Positions 1 through 11,000 of a stretch of 32,220 nucleotides of DNA are shown piece by piece. Position 1 is the stretch's first letter. Each line of letters starts with the position of its first letter. A program made the position numbers and the translations under genes. The DNA comes from a virus (taxonomy: Duplodnaviria; Caudoviricetes), in IMG/VR virus record IMGVR_UViG_3300048582_000044, positions 1 through 32,220 of that record. One strand, 5' to 3'. The notes below the pieces were generated by a model, which was given only the letters and a program-made list of their open reading frames with translations, was not told where the DNA came from and did no database searches.

Positions 1-313
1 CGCCGCGCATGAGGCGGTAGTTGACCACGCCGCCGAAGATCGAGACGCCCCAGTGATCGAGGGTCTCCTGCTTGTGCTTGGCGGCGACCAGCAGATTTCC
101 CAGTACGCGGGAAAGAGACTGGGCGCAGTGCTTGTGGACCCTGATCTTCTTGATCGGCGTCCCGGCGTAGGTCATGTGGAAGGCGGGGTTGATCAGCGTG
201 ATGTTCTCACGCTCCCACGCCGGGGACATCTTGGTCCGATCCTTCGGGTTCATCGGGTTCCCGTAGATCGACTTGCCGCTGAGCACGGCTGCTTGGGTCG
301 GCCAGTCGTTCAT
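1..313 (-). CDS. Endolysin, M15-family peptidase (3' end runs off the window)
   Basis: Not in the ORF track. Manual translation from ATG 313, which has an ATGA overlap with the upstream stop: MNDWPTQAAVLSGKSIYGNP...IRVHKHCAQSLSRVL...WGVSIFGGVVNYRLMRG. VHK and FGGxxNxRxMRG are typical of phage M15 peptidases just before the SxH zinc motif. Confidence 0.8.
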   Translation of the reverse strand, partial: MNDWPTQAAVLSGKSIYGNPMNPKDRTKMSPAWERENITLINPAFHMTYAGTPIKKIRVHKHCAQSLSRVLGNLLVAAKHKQETLDHWGVSIFGGVVNYRLMRG

Positions 314-609
314 GTCTGCTTGTCCTGTTTATGGCGGAGCTCGATCTTGATCTCCGATACGGTGTTGGTCAGGCCGGTCAGCTGCGCCTTGATCTCGGCC
401 AAGGCCGTGATGATGGAGATGTCCTGCCCGCGCCTCTGCTCGAGGTGGCCCTCCAGCTCCGCGATCTTCTTCTCGACGCGCACGAGCTCTTCGCCCAGCG
501 TGGCTACTTTAGACACGGTTCTCTCTCTCCATGCTACATACGCGAAAGCCGTGCCAAAGATGGCGAGCAGCCAGTTGCCGAACTCTCTGAGGAAGTCTGC
601 CACACTCAC
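310..609 (-). CDS. Holin-like or lysis-associated small membrane protein, 99 aa
   Basis: One N-terminal hydrophobic helix (WLLAIFGTAFAYVAW) followed by a coiled coil. Lies between tail fibre and endolysin with 4-bp overlaps at both ends. Confidence 0.6.
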   Translation of the reverse strand: MSVADFLREFGNWLLAIFGTAFAYVAWRERTVSKVATLGEELVRVEKKIAELEGHLEQRRGQDISIITALAEIKAQLTGLTNTVSEIKIELRHKQDKQT

Positions 610-2090
610 GCCCAGAGCCCTTTCTGGTTAGCACCTTTGGAACTCCGCCGCCGAAGCGTCATGTACGACCCGGCCTTTTCGGTGTACGCCCCGCCCGGCG
701 CGGCCGATAGCGCGTACCTCGGGATCAGCGTACCGCCCGCTGTCACCTTGAGGAGCCCGCGCTCGATCACCGACGCGTCAGCGGACGCCGTCGAGACGTT
801 TAGCCATTGCCCTCCGGCGGTGCCTATGACGTCCGTGTTGGACGTGGTGGTGCCGTCGAACGGAAGCCCGGTAATAAGGCGGGTCTGGATGAAGCGGCGA
901 CCGACTAATGTGGCGGTTCCGCCGAGGCCCCAGTTAAGGTTGTGGTTCGTAGCCCCGGCGCTTTTAATGAGGCGGAAGCACCAGTTGTACTCGTACACCT
1001 CGCCGGTCTCCACGGACGCGCCCAGACCAAACAGGTCTTGAGGGCCTGTGGCGTTGGCGCCTACCGTGTCGGTCTCGAGCAGAACGAACAGATCGTTGCC
1101 GTCGGCCTCCCCAGTCGCGTAGGCCCATTGCGTGGCGTCCCGCTGCCAGCACGACACAGTCTGGCCGGGCATCAGTGTGATCGGCGCGTTCGTCGCCAGC
1201 CCGGAGAAGTTGTGCCCCGACGCGGGGTACACCTTCAGGATCGCGGTCGACGTCGGGTTGGCGCAGATCACGATCTGCCGCCCGATCTCGCCAGTCACGG
1301 TCACAGGCAGCGTAATCCCGCTGGTCGCGGCGATGCTGTCTGTCTGCACGAACAGGACGCCAGCCGGGATGCTGACCGATCCTTGGCTGTCTGCGCCGGG
1401 CGCGATGCTGTCGTCGCCCGAGCTCCGCCCGACGGCCAGCCCAAGCGGCGTAAAGGCAAGGCTGGCGACGGACGCCGCCGCAGCAGCCGCCGACGCGGCG
1501 GCGTTGGATGCCTCGGTGGGTGCGGCCACAATCGCAGCCATGTTCGTGTCCGCGTTAAGGATCGCCGGCATGTTCGCGTCGACGTTCACAATAGCGGCGA
1601 GGTTCGTGGTGATCGCGATGACTTCGGCTTCCAGCGCGACCAGCGCCTCGACGTTCGCGATCAAAGTGTCGACATCGCCCGGGTTGAAGGCCGACACCGT
1701 CACGGCCCTGAGGGACCGCTCGTAGAGCTGACGCGTGATCGCGGTCAGCTTGTCCAGCGCGTCCTCGACCTCCTGCAGCGTGATCGAGGATTGCGAGCTG
1801 AAGGGGCGATCCTGTGACCGGGTGATGTCCGGCAGGATGATGAGCTCCTCGCCCGTCGGCGGCGGCACCAGCATCGTGACGATGCCGCCCGTGGCCGGGA
1901 ACGTGCCGCCGGTCGGCGTGACGGTGTAGTCAGTGGCGAGGACCTGCAGGGTCTCAACCCCGTCCGCGTCGCGCAGGAAGACCAGCAGCTCCGTCTCGTC
2001 GAAGACCGTCATGTTGTAGCTGAAGACGGTGGTGACGCCGTTGCCGCTGTACGGTCCCGCGACCAGCGGTTCGGTGGACGAGATGGTCAT
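606..2090 (-). CDS. Tail fibre protein, 494 aa
   Basis: Podovirus fibre anchor at the N-terminus (YSGNGVTTVFSYNM...DYTVT...GGIVTM...EDALDKLT), then an Ala-rich coiled segment and a beta-rich C-terminal head. Follows the giant ejection protein. Confidence 0.85.
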   Translation of the reverse strand: MTISSTEPLVAGPYSGNGVTTVFSYNMTVFDETELLVFLRDADGVETLQVLATDYTVTPTGGTFPATGGIVTMLVPPPTGEELIILPDITRSQDRPFSSQSSITLQEVEDALDKLTAITRQLYERSLRAVTVSAFNPGDVDTLIANVEALVALEAEVIAITTNLAAIVNVDANMPAILNADTNMAAIVAAPTEASNAAASAAAAAASVASLAFTPLGLAVGRSSGDDSIAPGADSQGSVSIPAGVLFVQTDSIAATSGITLPVTVTGEIGRQIVICANPTSTAILKVYPASGHNFSGLATNAPITLMPGQTVSCWQRDATQWAYATGEADGNDLFVLLETDTVGANATGPQDLFGLGASVETGEVYEYNWCFRLIKSAGATNHNLNWGLGGTATLVGRRFIQTRLITGLPFDGTTTSNTDVIGTAGGQWLNVSTASADASVIERGLLKVTAGGTLIPRYALSAAPGGAYTEKAGSYMTLRRRSSKGANQKGLWA

Positions 2091-5000
2091 CTACTGCCTC
2101 CTGCCCATGATGAACTCGATGGGTGCTACGTCTTCGCCTTCGCTCATCCGCCACAGTCCGTCGATCAGGCGGTTGGCTTGTGCGGACGGGAGCCCCGTGA
2201 CCGCGCCTACTGCGTTAGATACACTTTTCAGCAGGGCCGCGTCAAGCTCAGCTTGGCTGAACTGCGTGATCGGGCGCATAAAGATGGTGTCCATGGCACT
2301 ACCGTATGCGCCGCCGGGCTCGAACCCGCCGAGCATGGAGCCCACGTCGCGGAGGATCGGCATGGTCGACATGATCGACAGCGCCGTCTCCTTGGCGAGG
2401 AACTCGGCCCAGCCATCTTCATCGTCGTCATCGTCGCCCATGCCGGGCAGCGTGCCCTTGATGGCGTTGTAGAGGATCGCCTCCAGCGTGAACAGGAGAG
2501 CCAGATCGAAGCTCGTGTTGAAGGCCGCCGTCAGCGACTTCAGGTTGAAGCCGTCGATCTCCGCGCCGCCCTTCTTCACGCGCTCGTAGGCGATGTTGCC
2601 CTTGGCGAACATGTACGAACCCAGCGCCGTGAACAGCCGGACGAAGCCCGCCTGCCGCAGCCCGCGATCCAGCGTACCCCGCTCAAAGGCGGAGCGGTCG
2701 CTCTGCAGGCCGGACGCTTGCGCCCGGGCGACCATGCGGTCGGCCTCGTGCACGGCGGCCTCGTCGGTCTTCCCGGCGGTGACCGCGTTGTTGTAGGCCG
2801 CCAGCCACGTGGGCATGTCGATCCCGTAGAACTGGACCTTCGTCATCATCCAGAAGCCGATAACCCCGATGCCGTGCTGGAACTTCGAGACCGTGCCCTC
2901 GAAGGGCGTGCGGCTCGTCTCGTTCTGCATGTCGAGGATGTCCTTGTGGAAGGTGGTCTCACGCTCGCGCATGAAGGCCGACCGCTCCTTGACGATCTCC
3001 AGCCACTTGCCCGGGCCGGTGTAGTATTCGGCCAGCGCCTTCAGGAACGGCACCTTCCCGACCACGACCATCGACTGCGCGACACCCGTGAACTGGATCA
3101 GGACCGAGGACAGGTTGAAGGCCAGCTTCGACAGGGTGAAGGTGTTCTTCAGCTTGACGGAGAACGACCCGAGGACGCCGCCCGCCACCTGCGTGCCGGT
3201 CGCCACGTCCTGCACCCAGAGCTCCAGCGCCTCGCGGTCGGCGGTCCGGCCGTTGCGCTCGAACATCGCCACCATCTCAGGGTGCTGCAGGATGCGCCAC
3301 GCGTTGTTGACCGCCTCGCTGTAGGCGAGGTCGTGGATCACCTGATTGAGGTGGCTGTGGTAGGCTTCCATGCCGAGCTGCAGGACGCGTCCGCCGGACC
3401 CGTTCGCGCGCTCCTTAGTGTGGCCGTGCCGGGTCTGGGCCTTGCCGAAGCGACCGCTGAGCATGTTCATCTGCAGCTCCGCGATCTGCTCTGCGGAGAC
3501 GTTCGACTTGATGCGGCTGTCGTACTTGATCGGGAAGTACCCACCCTTGATCGTGCGGCCTCTCGGCAGATCGAAGGGCAGGGCCTCGACCTTGGTCGGG
3601 ACCACGCCGGTCTGGCGCTTCTCGCGCGCGGCGATCAGCGGCCAGTACTCGTCGATGTGGGTCCAGACGCTCTCGACGAAGTCCCAGTCCTTGTCTGTCA
3701 GCTGTCCCTTGATGTAGTCGATCTGCCCCTGCGTGTAGCCGAAGCCGGTGTCCTTATCCATCAGGCGGCCGAGGTTGTCCTCGTTGCCCATGTTCAACGC
3801 CATCGAGATCAGGTCCCAGTGGTTGAACTGGGCGAGCCTGTCGGCCCGGGTCTTCAGCGCCGGGTGGTCCTTGCGGACGTTCATCTGCGTGATCGCGTCC
3901 TTGTCGTAGACCGAGTAGATTTGCTCGATCCGCTCAGCCGCTTCCGCCCTCATGATCTGGGCGGTGTTGGCGGCCTCGTCGATAGGCGTCTTGATCAGGT
4001 CGTACGCCTTGCCCATCGTCCAGCCACCCAGCTCGCGGAGCAAGGTGTCGGCGTTCAGCAGCAGGTTGGCGTAGGCCCGCAGGGTCTTGCGCACGCCGCT
4101 CTCCTGCACCGCCATGCGCGGCACCGGGTTCGGCTTCATGAAGAGGGCGGCCTCGTTGACCACCTCCTCGACCGAGGCGTCCAGATCGCGCTGGCGCTTG
4201 GCGTCGATCAGCGACTTCTTCCGGCGGCCGGTGTGCTCGATGTTCGCCAGCGTGTCCGCGATCCCGCGCAGCTCGTTGTACGGCAGGGTCTTGTACGGGC
4301 GGCGCTTGGTTTCGTCGATAACCGACTGCGGGATCGACAGCTCGTTCGCGCGACCCGCGTCGGTCATCATCTTGATGTACGCGGCCAGCGCGCCCCGGCG
4401 GCGCTCGGCCGACTGGGTCAGCTTGCGGAAGTCGTAGCGGTCGAGCACCTCGTCGATGGCCGCGAGATACTCGCCGTCGATGTTCTTGCGGGTCCCGGGC
4501 TTCTTCAGCCGGGCGACCTTGCGCTCGAGCTTCTCGACTTCGTCGGCCGCCTTGCGGGCTTCCATGAACAGCGCGTGGTTCAACATCTCCTTGCGCTTTT
4601 CCTCGTACGCGAGATCGAAGTCACCCTTGGCCAGCGCCTGCTGGGCGCGGGTCGCGGCGCGTGCCGAGGCCTGCCGGTAGCTGTCGAACAGGATCGCCTG
4701 TCGGATGGGAATGACCGCGATCTTGCGCCGGGCCGCCTCGCGGGCGGCGGACAGGGTGGTGCGCGGGATGCTCTTGCTCGCCCGGCGGCCGAGGGCCTTG
4801 AGCTCCGCCGCGATCAGCTCGCCGCGCTTCTCGCCCTGCAGCGCGCTCAGCGCCTTCTCCGGCAGCGTGCCGTCGACCAGCGGGTCGGGGCTCTCGGCGC
4901 GCAGGCGCGCGTCGAGGGTGGCCTCGATCTCATCCTCCAGCTTCGGCGTGGCCTTCAGGGCTTGGATCATGGCGTCGCCGCTCGGGAAGCCGAACCACAT

Positions 5001-8000
5001 GGCGACCTCGTCGGGCGCGATGTTGGTGCCCTCCTTCCAGATCGGGCGCTTGCCCTTGGGCAGCTCCTTGGTGATCCCCGCGCCGTAGGTGTCGATCAGC
5101 AGCTGGCGGTCCAGCCGCAGATCGGCGGGCAGCGCCTCGGGCGCTTCTTCGCCCAGCCACCGCTCGTTGCCCAGCCACTGGATCACACGGTGTACGGGTT
5201 TGCGCCGTACATCGCGCTCGACTTCATCGCGCAGGGCCGCCTTCCGGGCGGTCTTCTCTGCGCGGAGCTGCGCTTGCATGGGGGCCATGATCTCGGCCAG
5301 CAGCGTACGCCGCGCCTCATCCTGTGCCTCGAGCGACAGCTTCACCATCTCCACGTACTCGGCGTCGGTGATGCCCAGCTCCTTCGCCGTCTTGGCGATC
5401 AGCTCCGGGCGGTTCTCCTTGGCCTTGGCCTTGGCGATCTCCTCGTCGGTCGCGAGCATCCGGTCGAACACGCCACGGATGTCGTCGTCGATCTTGACGT
5501 TCAGGTTCGTCACCTTGCGGTAGACGGACAGCAGCCACGAGCTGAAGGTGTCGAACAGGCGGGACAGCGCGTCCGAGGGCGACTTGCCCTCGAAGAGGTA
5601 GGCCTCGTAGGCCCGGGCGTACTGCTCGTGCATGCCGACGTAGATCGCCTGATCGAGGGTGGCGTCGCCGACGGTGCCCTTCTTCAGGTACATCTGCACC
5701 ATGGCCGGGGTCACCGGGCCACCGGCATCCTTGGCCACCGCTTCGGCGTTCTTGGCCCACCACGCCTTCAGCGCCTCGTAGTCGGCGACGATCTCGGGCG
5801 TGGCCTTGCCGTTCTGGATCAGCCGCTGGAAGGTGTACAGGAAGTAGTGCCCGCTCTCGTGCAGGACGGTGGACAGGTCCGCCGTCTGGAACAGGTTGAC
5901 GATGGGCGCGCGGCCCGAACCCGCCGGTGGCAGGACGATGGAGCCCCGCTTGCCCTGCGCGAGGATGTCGGGGTTGGCCGCGTCAAACGCGCCGCTATTG
6001 AAGAGCGATTTAATCTGCGCCGGATCGAACGCGACTATGAAGTCTTCGTCGTACTCATCGCCAAACCGACGCCGCACAATGAGGCCGTCACGGCCTTTGG
6101 CTTTAAGCCCCCGCAGGTATTCCCCGTCGTTCTGGTCCACGAGGTCTTCGCCATACGAAGGCCCTCTGAAGGATTTCTCCAGCACCACTATCTCAGGGTT
6201 TTGCAGGCTGATAAACACTGGAAGCACGTTCCCGCCGGGCACTACGTACGGCTTACCGCCCACACGCGCTCCCGCCCCCGCGTACAGCCCGGCCCGTTCA
6301 GTGTTGGATACAAAGAAGAACCCCTCACCGCCTGCATTATCCCCCTGCCGACGGGGCACATCCGTACGAAACTGGGAAAAATCCTGCAGCGTTCCATGGT
6401 ACACAACCAGCGGGTTGCCATCCTTGTCGACGACCTTGCTGCTCTTGAACCACGCCTTGAACGCGGGCGCGTCCCACAGGTCGCGTTGGAAGAGCTCGGT
6501 GCCGCGCGGCAGCGAAGCCTCTGGGATCACCGCAGCCGGGGCCGGGTTTCCGTTGGCGTCGAGCGGCATGTCATCCGCCTGACCGACAGAGCTGACCCAC
6601 TCTGGCAGGAGCAGGGTCTTCTGGTCGGCGTAGACGGTGTCCTTCGGGTTCTTTCGGTTCTGCTCGCCGAACGGGCCATAGTTGACCCAGCTGTTCTGGC
6701 CCCGGGTCTCCGAGGTCATGGCGCGGGCGGCCAGCGGCGAGAACATGCGGACGTGTGCCTGCCACGCGTTCTCCTCGCCGCGCGGGCCGAAGCTCGCGCC
6801 CTCGGAGCCATGGCCGAACACGTCGTGCACGATGCGGAACAGGTCGTTGACCATGGTCTGCCGACCGCTGACGACGACGTCGGTCAGCTGCAGCAGCGGG
6901 TTCTGGTCGTCGGCCACGTTCACGGTGCCGAAGCCCGAGGTGGTCGGGAAGACCCACAGGTGCTTGTTCTCCTGCATGTCGCGGATCGCGTCGGCCGGTG
7001 AGCTGTAGGGGTCGTCGCCCTCGATCCAGTCGAAGGTGAGCCCCAGCGCCTGCAGCGCCTCGTACTGGGCGATGGTCTCCTTGGCCAGCTGTTCGTACGC
7101 GGCACGCACCTCTGGGTCGGTGGGCGCGTCCGGCGTTTTGTCGTACAGCTCGGCGATGGCCTTGGCGCGCTCGACGTCGACCGTGACGTACTCAGCCTGA
7201 TGGCGGACGGGCAGCCCCATCGCCTTCATATACTCGGTCGCCAGCTCCCGCACGCCGGGCACCGGGCCCGGGCTCGACTTCTCAAGGTTGGCCAGCTTGT
7301 AGGGCAGCGGGCCTTGGTTGAGTTCGACGTCCGGCTGCGACGGCTTCGGCGGGGTCATCGCCTGCGCAATGGTCGCCGCGTCCTGCGTCACAGGCACCGC
7401 CTTGTAGAGGACGGCCACGTTGCCGACCGGCGCGCGACCCGACCCATCGTCGGTGAAGTACGCGCCGAGGTAGCCCGCGTCTTCGATGGCCAGCCGGTAC
7501 TCGGCGTCGCGCTGCGCGTCCGTGCCGTCCTCCGGGCGGAGCCCGTCGGGGTCCTCGAACCACGGGTACAGCTGGTCGGGGTCGACCAGCGCCATGTGGA
7601 CGTTGTCGCCCAGCCCGGGCTCCTTGACGTAGCCGGTGCCAGCCGACTGCTGGGTGTCGCGGGGGTTGATACCCCAGAAGCTCTGCTCGACCCCGGCGTC
7701 GACCGCGTTCTTCAGCGGGCCAGTGCCAGCCTTGGCGGGATCGACCTTCTTCAGCTTGCGGTTGCTCCAGTGGTACAGCGCGACCTTGCCGTCGCTGTCA
7801 CGGATCGGCAGCTGAGGGCGATCCGCGCGCTCGCTCGTGCCGGGCGGCATGGTGGCCACGCCCGGCCCCGCGTCGAAGTTGAGCCCCATGGCGTAGGCGC
7901 GACCGCTGTCGTCGCGCGAGTAGAAGCCGGTCTCCATGGCCGCGCGGCCAGACAGGAACTCACCCGTCGGCGGCGTGTTCGGGCGGGGGTTCGTTGTGTA

Positions 8001-11000
8001 GACGAGACCGTCGCGCGTCAGCACGCTGTCCTGATTGTACTTGCGGCCCAGCTTGGCCGCCGTCTCCGCGTCCGCGATGATCACGAAGCTGCGCTCAGGC
8101 TCGGGCGTGCCGTAGTATCCGGTCACCCGGCGATACGGGATGCCAGCTGCCTCGAAGTCCGCGATCAGGCGGGCTTCGTTTTCTTGGTTGCGCCGGACCC
8201 GGATGCTGTCGGGGAGGGTGCTGTCGTCTGCGGTGAGGGTTGCCCATCCGGGCTTGCCGAAGAACTCGGGGCCGAGGTCTGAGAAGAGGTCGTCTTCAGT
8301 CGCCGGGCTCTCGCTTCGCGCAATGACTTGAGCATTTCCTTGACCACCAAGTCTTGCGCTTCCTCCGTCGATATCACTTCCATTGAAGCCTCGCTTTCCG
8401 GCGGCCCGCTCGGCCCCCTGCTTGAAGTTCTTGCTGTCCGCCTTCGCGCCATGCGCGCGCCACAGCTTCTGCTCATAGTACCACAACAGCGCCTGAATGG
8501 AAGAGGGTGATTTCCCCAGATCGTCAGCGATCTGGGTGATCATGATGTCCAGCGCCTGCCGGTCGCCGCGCGTCGGCTGATCGTTGATGCCGCCCTCGGC
8601 GAGCAGCTTCGGCCCGGCGTCCATCAGCGTGCCGCGATGGCGGCCGAAAGTCCGCATCAGCCAGAGGTCGACCGTCACCGCCGTGGCGTCGATCCCGGTG
8701 GCGTTGAGCATGAAGTCGGAGACCTTCGGCCCCCACGCTGCCATACCGCGCTCGGGCTTGCCGTTGGGGGTGATGTCGCTCGGCAGATACTCCTGCCATT
8801 TGCGGGTCTGATCTCCATCCTTGAAGATACCGGTGGCCCGGCGGAACTCCGCCAGCTCCTTCGGCGTGTGCTTCTCCATCAGCCACTTCAGCGCGCCCTC
8901 TTCGCCGCGCTGCTTGATCAGGAAGGTGAGCATCGGCAGCGACGTGCCGGAGCTGACGCCGTACTTGGCAGGCACCAGCTGCTTGCCCTCAGGCCCGGGC
9001 TTCATGCCCTTCTTCTCGATCTCGTCCTTCGACAGCTTGCGCCGGGTCGGCCGAACGTCGACCAGCTCGCCGGTGCGCAGGTATCCGCTGAACGCCTGCA
9101 CGGCGTCTTCCCAGTTGTTGGTCGGGTTGTTCTGGGGCGACAGCAGGGCGGCCACCGCGAGGAACAGCATGCGCTTGACCGGGTCGTCCTTCAGCTCGGG
9201 GATCACCTCGACGGTGATCGCCATGGCAGCCGCCACGTCCTCGACGTACCACTGGTCGCCGCTGTCGTCGGAGCCCTTCAGTTGGAAGGCGATCTCCTCC
9301 TTCATGTCCGCGATCATCATGGCACGGTCTTCCATGTTGTTCAGCGGATCGAGGCGGCGGCCATTGCGGGCGAGGGCGTCGTCGGTGAAGGCGCGCGCGA
9401 TGTCTTGGATCGTGATGGTCTCGCCCCGCTTGCCGCCGGTCGGGATCGCCCGCAGCGGGGCACCCATGATCGGGACAGAGGACTGGTTCAGCGTACGGGA
9501 TAAAGCCTCGCGCGCCTGCATGCGGGCGGGTGCGCCCTCGACGTCGGGCGTGCCCTTGACGGAGCCCATGCCCGCGAACGTGCGCAGGGCGTCGGCCAGC
9601 TCCTCGTTGGTGGCGTCCTCGGTCAGGCCCGCCGCCGTGGCCGCAGCTTCGATGGCCGCAGCCTCGTTGCCGCCAGCGGCGCGCAGCGTGGTCAGGTCTT
9701 CGACCGCGACCTCGGAGATCGAGCCCTCGGGGCGGAAGACGCGGGGCAGCGGGTTCTCGGCGAGGAACTCCTCGACCGGCATGTTCAGGCGCTTGGCCAT
9801 GACCTCGGCGAAGACTACCAGCTGGGTGGCCTCGGCGCTCGCCACGCCCGGGGCGCGGCCAGCCGCCTGCAGCTCGTCGACGAGCTGGGTGCGGGCGGTC
9901 TCGAGGGTCTGGGTCAGGCGCTTAGTCCCGGCCTCGACTTCCTTGATGGACGTCTCGAGGTCCTTCATGGTCTGGCTGTCCGCGTCCTGCGCGGCAGCGA
10001 CCTCGGCCAGCGTGGCCGACCCGTTGATCCGCATATGCTCGCGGAGCTTCTTGTCCATGTCGGTGCCCGCGATCCGCGTCGCGTAGTCGGCGGTCGGGAT
10101 GGTGATGTCGCCGCCCTCGCTCATCGTCTGGGCGATCTGCTCAGGCGAGAGGCCGGTGGCCTTGGACACGTCTTCGACGGTGACCGCGCCGCTCTGCATC
10201 AGCTGGTCGAGCCCAGCGGTGTCGATCTGCACGCTCTCGACCGGGCCGTTCTTGGTCAGCTCGGCGACAGCCTCGCGATACTTCTCGGGCAGCTTGGCCT
10301 TGAGCTCGCTGTTCTCGGCGTTGCTGGCCAGCGCCTCGAAGAAGCTCTGCGCGGTCTGGGTCTCCTGCAGCTGCTTGCGGCGCTGGTTCAACGCCTGACC
10401 GCCCACACCGAAGACTTCGATGGGAACGGTGACCAGCTCGGCCAGACCTTCGATGGCGATCTCAAACGGGTCGAGCTTCTGGTCGGCGGCCAGCAGAGCC
10501 AGCGCCTCGCCGCTCGAACCCATGACCGCCTGCACGATACCTTGTGCGAGGAGCTCGCCCATGGGCGACTGCACCAGCTGCTTGCCAGCCACGCCGCCGG
10601 ACAGGGTGTCCATCACGCCGATGGTCATGGCGTAGGCGGTGGCCCGGTCCCGGGTCATCTCGCGTGCCATGGGCGACCGCATGAAGGCGGCGATGCCTGC
10701 CTCGGTGCGCAGGTCGAAGCCTGCGTCCTTGGCGATCTGCTCGTACATGGGGCCGTAGGACATGCCGCCGGAGGTGACACCGGCGACACCTGCGCCGAGC
10801 ATCGGGCTCTTGGTGATCAGCGTGGTGGCTGCACCGGCGACCAGCGATGGCGCGCTCTCGAGCACGACCGTGCCCAGCCACGCCGCGCCGTCCGCCGGGT
10901 TCTCGATCAGGGCACCCATCTGGGCACCGAAGCGTTCCCACGCGCCGAGGTCGCCACGCTTCTCGACGTCGGCGAGGCGGCGGTCGACGGCAGTCACCCG

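Noticed and set aside
2088-2093. In-frame TAG-ATG junction of giant protein and tail fibre as stop readthrough or recoding
   Set aside because: The fibre has its own canonical anchor N-terminus and a GGAGG RBS, and TAG ends other genes normally (e.g. nozzle, scaffold).
2178-7001. 1607-aa plus-strand ORF and other long plus-strand ORFs (e.g. 10035-12608, 20935-22143, 29537-30949)
   Set aside because: Antisense shadows of high-GC3 minus-strand genes; no recognisable motifs, and they fully overlap well-supported genes.
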